Origin: an uncultured Rivularia sp.
Lineage (GTDB): Bacteria; Cyanobacteriota; Cyanobacteriia; Cyanobacteriales; Nostocaceae
Reading direction: 5' to 3'
Assembly (NCBI GenBank): GCA_963665115.1
Contig: OY762007.1
Location: 8,096,001 to 8,160,000 of the forward strand
Length of the DNA: 64,000 bases
Under the pieces are notes generated by a model. That model was not told the DNA's origin. It did no database searches and saw only the letters and a program-made list of their open reading frames with translations. The position numbers and the translations under genes were made by a program. Shown here one piece after another: positions 1 through 11,260 of the stretch. Numbering within the stretch: the stretch's first letter is position 1; each line of letters opens with the position of its first letter.

Positions 1-264
1 ACACCTTTGTCCCTTGACAATATCAACGGCTTTTCTGTTATCCAGGACTTCTACTGGGGAGAAGGCGATAAAATCCACATTGATGCAGATATATTTGGTA
101 TTACCTCATTAGGTCAACTTACTTACGAAAGATACAATGAGACAAGTGGTTATCTGAAAGTGATTGGTAGTAGTACTATTGATGAATCATTGAGAAGTAA
201 TGCGATAGCAATTGTTAGTTCAGAATTCAGCTTTATTCATAGCCTTGATGTCGAACTGATATAG
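1..264 (+). CDS. C-terminal part of an RTX/hemolysin-type calcium-binding secreted protein (5' end outside window)
   Basis: Frame open from base 1; 'VIQDFYWGEGDKIHIDADIFG...LTY...SGYL' resembles the C-terminal type I secretion region of cyanobacterial RTX proteins; a full RTX gene follows. Confidence 0.6.
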   Translation, partial: TPLSLDNINGFSVIQDFYWGEGDKIHIDADIFGITSLGQLTYERYNETSGYLKVIGSSTIDESLRSNAIAIVSSEFSFIHSLDVELI

Positions 265-462
265 TCAAAATACTATTTGGACTTAGACGTTTTTGCTATG
301 AAAAAATGCTCAGACTTAATTATCGCTTCTGTGCATTTACTGGTATTGTTGCTCATGAGTTTGGTCATGCAGTTGGTATTCCTAAAAAACGTTTTGGGCA
401 GCATCATGAACATAGGGACGATAAGGTTTACCACTTTTTAAATTATATTTAATTTAATTTTC

Positions 463-777
463 TTACCGTCCTGAATTTCCCCAACTCATCCCAATTTCTG
501 CACTGCTTTGAAAAAGCACTGGCAGCCAAGTTGCGTAGGGGAATTCATATTCTAATGCTTCCAATCTCTCCCGTGCTTCTCGCACTGAAGAATAAAAAGA
601 TTTACTGTTAGAAAAAGCGGTGAGAAAATATTTCAAAAATTCCTGTGCCACTTTATCTGGTACAGGTTCTCGCATAACTATCATTTGGGGAATATGCAAA
701 TCTGCTAATTCTTGCGCTAACCTCAAAGCATCGCAGGAATTAAATACGGCTAGCTGCAAACCACGTTCAATTACTTT
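463..777 (-). pseudogene. 3' remnant of a CHAT-domain gene, duplicated from the gene ending at 2328
   Basis: 474-777 aligns almost base for base with 2351-2655; encodes 'ERGLQLAVFNSCDAL...MREPVPDKVAQEFLKYFL...WLPVLFQ'; upstream part of the track ORF is unrelated AT-rich sequence. Confidence 0.85.
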
Positions 778-897
778 TTTAAAATTTTTGGATATTTTGT
801 ATAAAACTTTAAATTCTGGAGTGATTAAGAAGTAGAAAGGAGGGTAACAAATAAGCCTAACTTTTACATACATGAATAAAAAAAGGAACTACGAGTT

Positions 898-2331
898 ATG
901 GGAACCAGAACTTGGAACGGTAGTAATCGTGATGATAATTTCAAGGCTACAAGAGGTGGCTTATTTTGGGAATCTTGGAGAATCCGGGGCTATGGTGGTA
1001 ATGATACCCTTGGTGGTGGTCCGAAGAATGACACTATAGATGGTGGCTCTGGTGATGACTCTATTCGAGGGTATGGAGGTAGAGACTCCTTACTTGGAGG
1101 TTCGGGAAATGACTATATAAATGGGGGTTCGGGAAATGACACCCTACGTGGAGGTTCAGATAATGACAACCTAAATGGAGGTTCGGATAACGATCTCCTA
1201 TATGGAGAGTTAGGTAATGACTACTTGTATGGCTTCACAGGCAATGACACTATGTACGGTGGTGCCGGTTTTGACACGCTGAATGGTGGTACGGGTGCTG
1301 ACGCTATGTACGGTGGTAGGTGGAGCGATACTTATTATGTAGATAATACAGGAGACAGAGTAATTGAATATTTCAATCAAGGATCTGATACCGTAAACTC
1401 TTCAATTAACTACACTTTGCCTAACAATGTCGAAAGACTGAGACTTACAGGTTCCGCTTATTACGGTATTGGTAATAGCCTGAATAACACTATTTGGGGT
1501 AACAGTGCTAATAATTTCTTGAGTGGTGGAGCCGGTCACGATAGACTCTATGGTAATGCTGGTAATGACACTATGTACGGTGGTGCCGGTGTTGACAGAC
1601 TTGATGGCGGTACGGGTGCTGACACTATGTACGGTGGTACGTCAAGCGATACTTATTATGTAGACAATAGAGGAGACAGAGTAACTGAATATTTTAATCA
1701 AGGATCTGATAGCGTAAACTCTTCAATTAGCTACACTTTGCCTAATAATGTCGAAAATCTAACACTTACGGGTTCCGCTTATTCTGGTATTGGTAATAGC
1801 CTGGATAACTATATTCGGGGTAACGTTGGCAATAACTACTTGAGTGGTGGAGCAGGTAACGATAGACTCTATGGTAATGCTGGTAATGACTATATTACTG
1901 GCGGTACTGGTAATGACAACCTTTCTGGAGATGCTGGTAACGATTTTTTAACGGGTGGTGCTGGTAGCGACAGATTTTCTTACGAAACGGGTAGAGCTTT
2001 TAGAAATTCTGATTTGGGAATTGATACAATTAGGGACTTCACTTCTGGTGTTGACGATATTGTATTAAGTAAAGCAACCTTTACTGTTTTAGAAAGTTTA
2101 GCTGGCGATGGTTTTAGCGATATTTCAGATTTTGCCGAAGTGACTTCTGATGCTGTTGCTGCAATTAGTGGTGCTGCTATTGTTTATAACTCTGAGAATG
2201 GTAAATTGTTCTATAACCAAAACGGTACGGCTGCTGGTTTTGGTGCTGGTGCTCACTTTGCTACGCTTTCAGGTAGTCCAGATATTGCTGCAACGGATTT
2301 CTTAATTACAGAGCCAATCATTATAATTTAG
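898..2331 (+). CDS. RTX/hemolysin-type calcium-binding repeat protein (type I secretion substrate)
   Basis: Many GGxGxDxL nonapeptides; internal ~107-aa duplication; C-terminal 'DTIRDFTSGVDDIVL...LFYNQNG...FATL' region; AGGA-type RBS upstream. Confidence 0.92.
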   Translation: MGTRTWNGSNRDDNFKATRGGLFWESWRIRGYGGNDTLGGGPKNDTIDGGSGDDSIRGYGGRDSLLGGSGNDYINGGSGNDTLRGGSDNDNLNGGSDNDLLYGELGNDYLYGFTGNDTMYGGAGFDTLNGGTGADAMYGGRWSDTYYVDNTGDRVIEYFNQGSDTVNSSINYTLPNNVERLRLTGSAYYGIGNSLNNTIWGNSANNFLSGGAGHDRLYGNAGNDTMYGGAGVDRLDGGTGADTMYGGTSSDTYYVDNRGDRVTEYFNQGSDSVNSSISYTLPNNVENLTLTGSAYSGIGNSLDNYIRGNVGNNYLSGGAGNDRLYGNAGNDYITGGTGNDNLSGDAGNDFLTGGAGSDRFSYETGRAFRNSDLGIDTIRDFTSGVDDIVLSKATFTVLESLAGDGFSDISDFAEVTSDAVAAISGAAIVYNSENGKLFYNQNGTAAGFGAGAHFATLSGSPDIAATDFLITEPIIII

Positions 2332-5164
2332 TTCAATCTATCGGTATGAAATTTCCCCCAACTCATCCCAACTTCTGCACTATTTTGAAAAATCACTGGT
2401 AGCCAAGTTGCGTAAGGAAATTCATCTTCTAATGCTTCCAATCTCTGCCGTGCTTCTCGCACTGAAGAATAAAAAGATTTACTGGTAGAAAAAGCGGTGA
2501 GAAAATATTTCAAAAATTCCTGTGCCACTTTATCTGGTACAGGTTTCTCGCATAACTATCATTTGGGGAATATGCAAATCTGCTAATTCTTGCGCTAACC
2601 CCAAACCATCGCAGGAATTAAATATAGCTAGCTGCAAACCGCGTTCAATTGCTTTGGTTAAAGCGTGCTTTAGTTCTTTAATTGTTAGCAATTTGGTTTG
2701 ATTAAGTAACATGATTCCCGTGCTACCATCTGCTTGAGATGAACTATGTCCGGAAAAACAGAAAATATCCCAACCTTGTTCGTTCCAAAGCTGCTGATGT
2801 AATTCTTGAAAAGTTGGTTCCACCAAAAAAACTGTTTCGCTTTGTGGTATTCTTTCTAATATTTTTCTATCGGCTTCAATCTCAATTCCACTGCTATTTC
2901 CTAAAACTGTTAATATTCTAATTTCGTTTCGATAACATCTTGTTTTTTCAGATCTTTCACCAATCGGAGATAACACCACTTCTGCTTGACGATAATGTCT
3001 AAAAAAATTCCATAAATGCCAAGGAAGACGTTGCAATTGAATATCTTTGGTTTGAATAATTACTGGTACTTCTTCAAATTGTAATAGCTTTGAACGTAAT
3101 TCTTTTTCAATTAAGCTGAATGATTGAGAATTCAGCCAATTATTTAGAGATTTTTCTAATTCTTGAGCATAATAATTTAGTTCTTGTTCGGAGAAATTAG
3201 TAATTGAATCTTCGTCATCAAAGGTAATACGTCCAAACCATTTTTGAGAGCGATAAAGTTGTCGCCATTGCTGATAAAGTTGGGGAATATTTGGTTCTGC
3301 TGGTAATTTACTTGTAAAAATGATGGGAAGTGGGTGGTCATTTGTCTTAATTAAAGCGGTAACGGGAAAACCATTTATAAAGTCTCCTTCGCCAATAGTC
3401 AGAACAACAAATTTACCTACTTGAATTTTATTTTTAGATGTTTGATAACTTTTGTTAGCTAATAGTTTAGCAATTTCAGCCATGTCACTACTTTTTTGCC
3501 GATAAATTTCAATTTGTTCTTGCTTTACTTGCAATTCTGCTCGATATTTTGCTTCTGTTGCTGTGAGTTTATGTTCGTAACTTTGCTTCAACTGACTATG
3601 AATCTTGGTTTTATCTGCTGCTTCTGGAACGTGGAATTTGACAACAACAAATCCATTACCTTTATCTTCAATGTTCTGAATCTTTAATTGGGTATGTTGA
3701 TTTTTAGCTCGTACATTTTCAACAGCAAAAAGCAAAGCTTCCCAATCCAAACCATTACGAAATATTAAATCAACGGTATTTATAACCCCTTGAAATAGTT
3801 TAGTAAAATCTCCCGGTGCAAATTCACCACTCTGAGGGACGACGTTGACTATTTTCTTCCAGATAAATAAAAAGACAATTTACTTTATCGAATTTTGTAG
3901 TAATATCAGTATTCCAAGAACCTAAACCACAAGCACCAGTAAAATCAGCTTGGGAAAAATCTGTTCCTATTGCTTGAACTTTAGTAAGAATTGACTCTTC
4001 TAAATTTGCTGATTGTAAATTAGCTTTGGTTAATTTTGCTTCTGCCAAGTTAGCTTTATTTAAATTAGCTCTGCTTAAGTTTGCTTGGCTGAAATTTGCA
4101 TTTTTGAAATTGACATATCTCAAGTCTAAATCAACTAAATAAGCCCCTTCAAGATAAGCATTTTCGTAAGAGTTATTATTAGTATTTTTATTTACTAATA
4201 AATCTCTAACTTTATAATTATCCAAAATTGTATTATCTAATCTTGCAAGTTCTAATTTTTTGACCTGATGCCAAATCGTATGAATCAAATCAGTTTTTGT
4301 AAAATCAGTATTTCTTAGGATAGCCCCAGTAAAATTTACGCCTGTTAAATTCGCTCCTCGAAAACTTGTACCGCCGATAGCTCCAATGGCGATCGCCACT
4401 CTCCGAATAAAAGCATGATTCTCTTCATCAACTAAAACACGTTTGCTAATCTTCCCGCATAAAATTATAATAAGAACAGCAATTCCGACAGTAATTATAA
4501 TTCCCAACCAACCTTTATGAGTAATATTAATAGCTATTTTCCCCCTAGAAATTAAAGGTATCAAAATTGCAGTTATAAATGCACTAATTAAAGAAGTATT
4601 TACCACCTTAGTGCTAGTAACAACAATAAGAAAAGAAAGAAAAACAGCAATACTAGCAACTGTCATAATGCTCAAACAAATATTAGTTGCTGTAGAAAGG
4701 GCAATATAGCCGATCCTAACTTGATTAAAAGCAATAGAGTAAAAGCCTGCTAAAGTACCGATAGCTCCTAATATTCCAATAACAGTAATAAAAGCATTGG
4801 CAAATCCTTTTTTCACAGAAATAATTAAAAAAGTTATGCATCCAATAAGAGTTACTGTACCAGCAATCAACTCATTAAGATTTTGACTGCACAAAAAGGA
4901 ACTAATAAAAACAGCAACCGCACCTGCTAAAAATCCTAATACTAATGATAATAAAAATGATATTCCTACCCAAGAATTATTTAATCCTGCTTTTGCATAA
5001 CTAAAATCTGCATTACTTAGGTTAGCCCCAGTAAAATCTGCACCTCTAATATCGCAATACGAAAAATTTGCACCCGTTAGTTTTTTTCCCTTAAAAGAAT
5101 TACCTTGAAGATTTTGTGTTGAAAAATTTAAAGACTGCTTTAGCTGACGAAACCCAAAAATCAT
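2328..5164 (-). CDS. Pentapeptide-repeat / transmembrane / CHAT (caspase-like) fusion protein, broken into three ORFs by two +1 frameshifts
   Basis: A(N/D)LxxA repeats flank a multi-TM block; CHAT motifs FSGHS and FNSCDG; removing one base at 3836-3838 gives RRPQSGEFAPGDFTKLFQ...GLDWEALL and one at 2544-2546 gives MREPVPDKVAQEF, as in the duplicate copy. Confidence 0.85.
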
Positions 5165-5473
5165 AGCTTAAAGGTGCATTTTACAACTATCAATTTTCTT
5201 TATTCCACAAATGTAAAGCCAAATCTGGAAATATGTAAATTTTGTTACTTTAAAAAATAATGTGGAACAAATTGCACAGGCACTTAGTTTGTCTGTGGAA
5301 GACGTAGAGTTAATCAGATAAAACAACAGCAGTAGTCTTTCTAAGAGCTACTGCTTTAAATTATTTTTCTAGATACAATTTTGTCATAAATCTCGGGTGG
5401 TGTGTGACGCTACAATGAAGGGTAAAAAATATGTACCTTGATTTATTTTGCGTCACACACCCTACAATAAAAA

Positions 5474-6583
5474 TCAAACAGCCTTCAATCCTTCCGCTCT
5501 AAGAATAACTTTACCATTTTGACGAACTATTAAAGTTGATGGTTGAGAATTACTATTATCTTCAGTAATCGCACTTTCTAAAGCGTAACTATAATTTCCA
5601 TTTTTCCAACCAGTTACACATTTACCATTCCGACAAGAAACTTTACCACCTGTAAGTTCAAGACAATTGCCTTTAGAATCGCAACCGTAATATTTAACGT
5701 TCCCAGTATTATTAACTCCATTCCAAGAATCGTAATTGCTAAGTTTAATAGTCCATTCACCGTTGCTGAGAGTTCGAGTATCCCCAGATTTAGAACCACC
5801 AATAACTTCCATTTTGACGATTGCGGATTCTTTTTTAGTCTTTCCGCAAGGTTCGTTACTTTGACAGTCGTTGAAATTTAATATCTTGTAGCTAAGTTTA
5901 ACTTTTTTGTTTATAAATTGTTCTTTTTGAGGACAGATATCAAAGGAAGCATTAATTATTTGTTGTTTACCTTGTTCGTCGATTAAAGTAACATAACAAG
6001 CTAAATCGCCTTGAACTATTTCTTTGATAGTGGCGATTTTTGGTTGTCCTTTTGCTGGTATGAGTTTAGAATTATTAGAACCATTAGAATCACCAATTAC
6101 CTCCATTTTGACGATTGCGGATTCTTTTTTAGTCTTTCCGCAAGGTTCAATACTTTGACAGTCGTTGAAATTTAATATTTTGTAGCTAAGTTTAACTTTT
6201 TTGTTTATAAATTGTTCTTTTTGAGGACAGATTTCAAAAGAAGCATTAATATTATGCTCTTTTCCTTGTTCGTCGATTAAAGTTACATAGCAAGCCAAAT
6301 CACCTTGTTCTATTCTTTTAATAGTTCCAACTTTTGGCTGTCCTTTTCCTGCTTTGGGAGTTGTAGAAACTTTCTGAACTGGAGCTTTTTTTATCGGTTT
6401 AGAATCTTGATTATTGTTATTTGAAGAAGAATTATCTATTTGATCTTTATTTGCTGAAACTACTTCAGAATTATTTGGTTGAATTTGATTACTGGTGTCA
6501 AGATTACTTGTTTCGACGTTATTACAACCAACCATCAATAAAGAAGTAATTAACAATGCAGTTGTGAAGATAGACTTTTTCAT
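5474..6583 (-). CDS. Lipoprotein with two near-identical Cys-containing repeats
   Basis: Lipobox-like 'LLMVGC'; repeat 'QGDLACYVTLIDEQGK...CPQKEQFINKKVKLSYKILNFNDCQSxEPCGKTKKESAIVKMEVIG' twice, 294 bp apart. Confidence 0.8.
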   Translation of the reverse strand: MKKSIFTTALLITSLLMVGCNNVETSNLDTSNQIQPNNSEVVSANKDQIDNSSSNNNNQDSKPIKKAPVQKVSTTPKAGKGQPKVGTIKRIEQGDLACYVTLIDEQGKEHNINASFEICPQKEQFINKKVKLSYKILNFNDCQSIEPCGKTKKESAIVKMEVIGDSNGSNNSKLIPAKGQPKIATIKEIVQGDLACYVTLIDEQGKQQIINASFDICPQKEQFINKKVKLSYKILNFNDCQSNEPCGKTKKESAIVKMEVIGGSKSGDTRTLSNGEWTIKLSNYDSWNGVNNTGNVKYYGCDSKGNCLELTGGKVSCRNGKCVTGWKNGNYSYALESAITEDNSNSQPSTLIVRQNGKVILRAEGLKAV

Positions 6584-6734
6584 AGTATTTAAACCGCTAT
6601 AAAATATGAGCTTTAACTGTAGACAATTTTTAATACAACCTAAATTATGTATATTCCGAAAATTCGCTTTGTCTAATTTATTTCACATTGTTTGAGACGT
6701 AGCACTGCGCCCCGTCTCTACAAGCTGTTAATTT

Positions 6735-7331
6735 TCACAATCCATAAACCCGATTTCCATCACCAGGTAAAATAGTCAAAGAGCGAGGATTTATCCGATA
6801 CCCGACAGTAACTTCGGTTTCTCCATCCCAAACTTCAATGGAAAGCACTTTATCTGCTGAACCTTCGTAATCAAAGTATTGACAGCGTGAAGCTGTACGT
6901 CTTTGCACCGTTCCTTCACGAGTCATACTCGCAACCCCAGAGTCAACACATTTATAATTTTCATCCGCAAAAGTTAACTTTTTAGGTGGTGGTGTTTCGC
7001 TAATATCTAATCGATCGGTTGCTTCGAGTAGTGCAACTTCTACAGTGTCATCTTCATCCACGCTCAACCATCGAATATCATTATTATCTTGCAGCATATA
7101 TTCACACCAGGAATACTCATCAACTGTATAGGTGAGTTTCCCTTCTACTACCCAGTCAATACCCATATGCTGAACAATATCGCCGGTTTGTAAATTAAAT
7201 ACATTACGTTTTAGCGACGGTAATTCTTTTTTTGGTTTACTACCGGGTAATGCACCTCGCTGTTGAAGCACTAATAAATAAGCTCCACCAGCGACTATTG
7301 CAATAACTCCTAACCAGATTAGTAGTGTCAT
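6735..7331 (-). CDS. DUF4178-like membrane-anchored protein
   Basis: N-terminal TM; 'LQTGDIV...WVVEGKLTY...WCEYML...WLSVDEDD...YFDYEG...LSIEVWDGE' matches the remembered DUF4178 pattern. Confidence 0.75.
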   Translation of the reverse strand: MTLLIWLGVIAIVAGGAYLLVLQQRGALPGSKPKKELPSLKRNVFNLQTGDIVQHMGIDWVVEGKLTYTVDEYSWCEYMLQDNNDIRWLSVDEDDTVEVALLEATDRLDISETPPPKKLTFADENYKCVDSGVASMTREGTVQRRTASRCQYFDYEGSADKVLSIEVWDGETEVTVGYRINPRSLTILPGDGNRVYGL

Positions 7332-7513
7332 AGTTTTTCCTTTAGATTTTTTTTATAGAGAGGGATAAGGAGACAAGGGGAAATGAATAATTTTGAATAT
7401 CATTTGTGTAACACTCTAAGCTGATGTGCAGCTACATTGTATTAAAAAAATTTTGAAATTATTATGGTGCGGACATCTTGTCCGCTTGTTGTCTACAAAA
7501 AATAAGCTGTCGC

Positions 7514-8719
7514 TTATTTCATCGCAAAATTAACTGGGTTTTGATCTCGTCGATGCCTAGTGGGAAGAGGTTCTGGCTGTGCATCACCTGCAAGGGCTGC
7601 GGTTGTTTCTAGAGATTCCCTCAAGCGCTTGGCTGCATAAATGGACATATCGCGGGGTACGTTAATGCGATCGCGCAAATATCGTAGAGCAATATCAGAA
7701 CCCAGTGGAGGTACGCATTCTTCACCTGCAATCATGTTTGTTAAAGCACACCGTAATGCTTCATCAAATAATTTATCATCGGCGGGGTTGACTCGGATAA
7801 TATTAGTGCGATGTTTAATCATATTTTGCAGGGCTTCTTGGCGGGAGTTTTCGGGTTCTGGATAAGTAACATCTGGTAGCCCAAACCAAGAGCCATTATT
7901 TACTCGCGCTTTATTAATCAGCATTTGAGGTTCGCCGTTTTCCCAACAGCCCCCCATTTGCGGCGGCAAATCGTGTACGTGAGTGTGAAAGTCGCTTTGG
8001 GTACCGCGATAGGTTGACCGGGTTTCCATTGCCTCAAACCATGCCTTAAAACGAGGGTTTTCTTCGCGCATTGAATAACCTTTGTAGTAGTAAAGGCTGG
8101 CATTCATTCGTTCTACATAGGGTGTAAATATGACATCAACTATGCCGAATTCATCTAAAAAGTATGGCCCTGGAGTGCTACCCAAAGTCTTTTCAACTTG
8201 ATCTACTACTTGTATAAATTGTTCGCGGTTGCGTTGTTCTTGTCGAGATGAACTTGCTGGGTAGCATAGCCAACTACACCAGGCTCTAAATAAAAGTCGT
8301 TCTAATTGACGTAAAGGAAGCACATTACGGTCTTTCATACCTTGATTCAACGGGCCAAAAACTTTTTCTAAAGCGATCAAAATGTCATCGCTTTCTTTAA
8401 TAATCCGCCCATCTAGCTCGATAGCAGGGAGCATTCCTGATGGTACTTTACGTTTGTACCAGCTTTCTTTCTCCCCATAACAGAACATCGTCACTTTTTC
8501 GATGCGGTAGGGAATCTGTTTTTCCTCCAACCACAACCAAATTTTTTGACAGTATGGACACCAAGCGTGATTATCGCGGTAAAGCGTTACCCGCACATTA
8601 GATTCGGGCTGCCCAAACAAGCGCAACCTAGCTTTAGCGTTGGTGGGGCCATTCACGGGATCTATTTGATAATCCGTAAGAGTTTCTAGTTCTTGCCAGC
8701 TAAGGGGTGTGGTAGTCAT
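7514..8719 (-). CDS. Glutathione S-transferase family protein
   Basis: '[19 protein letters not shown]' thioredoxin-like N domain; '[20 protein letters not shown]' GST motif. Confidence 0.9.
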   Translation of the reverse strand: MTTTPLSWQELETLTDYQIDPVNGPTNAKARLRLFGQPESNVRVTLYRDNHAWCPYCQKIWLWLEEKQIPYRIEKVTMFCYGEKESWYKRKVPSGMLPAIELDGRIIKESDDILIALEKVFGPLNQGMKDRNVLPLRQLERLLFRAWCSWLCYPASSSRQEQRNREQFIQVVDQVEKTLGSTPGPYFLDEFGIVDVIFTPYVERMNASLYYYKGYSMREENPRFKAWFEAMETRSTYRGTQSDFHTHVHDLPPQMGGCWENGEPQMLINKARVNNGSWFGLPDVTYPEPENSRQEALQNMIKHRTNIIRVNPADDKLFDEALRCALTNMIAGEECVPPLGSDIALRYLRDRINVPRDMSIYAAKRLRESLETTAALAGDAQPEPLPTRHRRDQNPVNFAMK

Positions 8720-8857
8720 ATGAGTTGCGTAATGCTTTACTGAGGACTTTTCTTGACTCTACAATATTTTTAATTGCACTAAGTAGGTCGGTTTTGAAAA
8801 TCGTAATTAGGATAAGGGAGTAGGCAGTAGAGAACTAATAAACGCTAAGAGGTAAAA

Positions 8858-9484
8858 ATGACTCAAACGCTACCCAAAGTACTAACAGAAGCATTAATAA
8901 CATTTGAAGAATTCGCCAACTTAGACACGGGGGACAAAAGATATGAGTTACATTCGGGGGTACTTGTAGAAATGGCTCAACCAATTGGGGAACATGAAAA
9001 CGTTACAGGGTTTTTTATCAGAAAATTATCAGCTAGATTTGAAAACTTTGATTTACCCTACTTTATTGCTCCAAAAGTTTTAGTAAAACCATTAGGCAAA
9101 GATTCTGGCTTTTTACCCGATGTCTTAGTATTAGACAAGCGTAATTTAGCCAACGAGCCATTGTATAGAAAGGAATCTACTGTCTCTCAAACTGCAACAA
9201 TTCCTTTAGTAATAGAAGTAGTAAGCACGAACTGGTCAGACGACTACGCCTTGAAATTTGACGAATACAGCGATATTGGCATACCTGAATACTGGATTGT
9301 TGATTACTTGGGAATAGGTGGTAAAGAGTTTATTGGTAGCCCAAAAGAACCAACTTTTACAATTTGCGAATTAGTAAATGGTCAATATGTTAGAACACCA
9401 TTAAAAAGTGGAGCAATTCAATCTAAAGCATTCCCTGAGTTAAATTTAACTGTGGAGCAAATTTTCAATGCAGCTACATTTTAA
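8858..9484 (+). CDS. Uma2 (DUF820) family endonuclease
   Basis: 'RYELHSG...PDVLV...LVIEVVSTNWSDDYALKFDEY..IGIPEYWIVD'. Confidence 0.92.
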   Translation: MTQTLPKVLTEALITFEEFANLDTGDKRYELHSGVLVEMAQPIGEHENVTGFFIRKLSARFENFDLPYFIAPKVLVKPLGKDSGFLPDVLVLDKRNLANEPLYRKESTVSQTATIPLVIEVVSTNWSDDYALKFDEYSDIGIPEYWIVDYLGIGGKEFIGSPKEPTFTICELVNGQYVRTPLKSGAIQSKAFPELNLTVEQIFNAATF

Positions 9485-9606
9485 AGTGAACAGTGAACAG
9501 TAAACAAAATTTATAACTCCGGTGGTTCCAACTCCCAATTCCTAAATCCTAACTCCTAACTCCTAATTATTACCAATTACCAATTACCAATCCCCAATTC
9601 CCATTC

Positions 9607-11188
9607 TTAATAATTCAACCACCTTGCTTGCATTTGATAGCTAACAATTACGGGATGGGAAAGTCGGTTTATTTCTACGTTTCCTAACTGTATATCTTTT
9701 GGTAATTCAAATAAATTATGTAATAAACTTTCTGTTAAAAAGCGGGTTTCAACGGGAAGTTGCAGTTTTTCTGAGTTTAATTGATAACGGGATGCTAAGA
9801 CAAAACCCCAAGGACCGAAGCTGGGAACGCTTACGGTGTAAGGATTCACTTTTAATCCAACTTCTCCAAGTGTAGCGGCAATACAAGCGATTACTTTAGG
9901 AGCAAAAAATGAGCTTGATGCTTGCGTTACAAAAACACCTTTATCCGTAAGTCTTCCTAACAAACGCCGGTAAAAGCCTTCTGAGTAAAGTTTTGCTAAT
10001 GCATCTTGATCTGGATCGGGGAAGTCTGCAATAATTACGTCGAACTGTTCTTTAAGTTTGGGTACGCTTAAGAATGCGTCGGCATTGATTACTTCTACCC
10101 GAGAATCTTCTAAGGAATTACCGTTTGCTTCTTTTAATTGCGGATGACGGCTTGCTAATTTAACTACCTCGGGATCTAATTCAATTAATACTACCTTTTC
10201 AACTTCTTTCCATTTGAGTACTTCTCTAATTGCCATTCCATCCCCAGCACCCAATACCAAAACCCGCTTTTTATCGGGTGTTGCACTCATCGCCGGATGT
10301 ACTAATCCTTCATGATAGCGGTATTCATCCACTGTGGATAGTTGCAAGTCACCATTGAGAAATAATCTGGCATCTTTACCTTTACGGGTTAATACAATTC
10401 TTTGATAGGGAGATTGAATTCTTTTAACTATAGGTGCTGAATATAAGTTATTTTCTAATTTATTACTAATGGGAATGGTTGCAGGTGCAAGAGCTAAAAG
10501 CATTATACCCAAAGCTAAACCAATGTAGCTCCAACGACGTAAATGGGAAAAATTGCGCCCAATTAAAAACACCATCAAAGCCGGTAATGCACCTAAAATA
10601 AAAGCCGTGGGAAACATTCCACACATCGGTAGCAGAATTACCGGAAAAGCCAAAGAACCGAAAAGCGCTCCTACATAATCGAGAGCCAACACACCCGCCA
10701 AAGCTTCCCTAACTCCTTCCTCCATTTCTATAATGCGCGTCAAAATAGGCACTTCCAAACCAGCGAGTATTCCCAGCAAAATAGTGACTAAAAATAACCC
10801 CAGCCAAATCTCACCATTCATGACGAACAAAGCGAACAGACCCCAGAGGTAATAGGGCTGTCAGAGGTGCGATCGCCAATTCCACACCAACAAAAGTCAA
10901 CAGCAATTTCCGTTGTAGCGATCGACCTTCCCCATTAGGTGCAATAAACTGACTCAAGTAAGAACCAGCACCCATAGCTGCCAGAAAACCACCTATAGCA
11001 ATACCGAAAGCAAGAGCTTGATTTCCCACTAAATAGCTAGCAAGAGTACCTAAAAGCAACTCTACGGCAAGCCCGCAAGCAGAAGAAACAGCCGCCGCAG
11101 CCAGTAATAACTTACGTTGAGTACTGCTCAAAGAATAACTATTCTTCACAGTACTTTCCCCTATATCAGAAAAATTATTTGCTTCCAT
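9607..11188 (-). CDS. speE: Membrane-anchored spermidine-synthase-like polyamine aminopropyltransferase, split by one +1 frameshift
   Basis: Multi-TM N-terminus; 'LFLNGDLQLSTVDEYRYHE', 'VLVLGAGDG', 'DVIIADFPDP'; removing one base at 10841-10844 joins the ORFs as LLPLGLFALFVMNGEIW. Confidence 0.8.
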
Positions 11189-11260
11189 TATTTCAGTGAG
11201 CAGTGAGCAGTGAACAGTAAACAGTTAGGAGTTAGGAGTTAAACCTTTAACCTCATCCCC

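Noticed and set aside
463..480. C-terminal 'GNSGR' of the CHAT remnant as a PatS-like peptide
   Set aside because: Arises at the breakpoint of the duplication and does not match RG(S/T)GR
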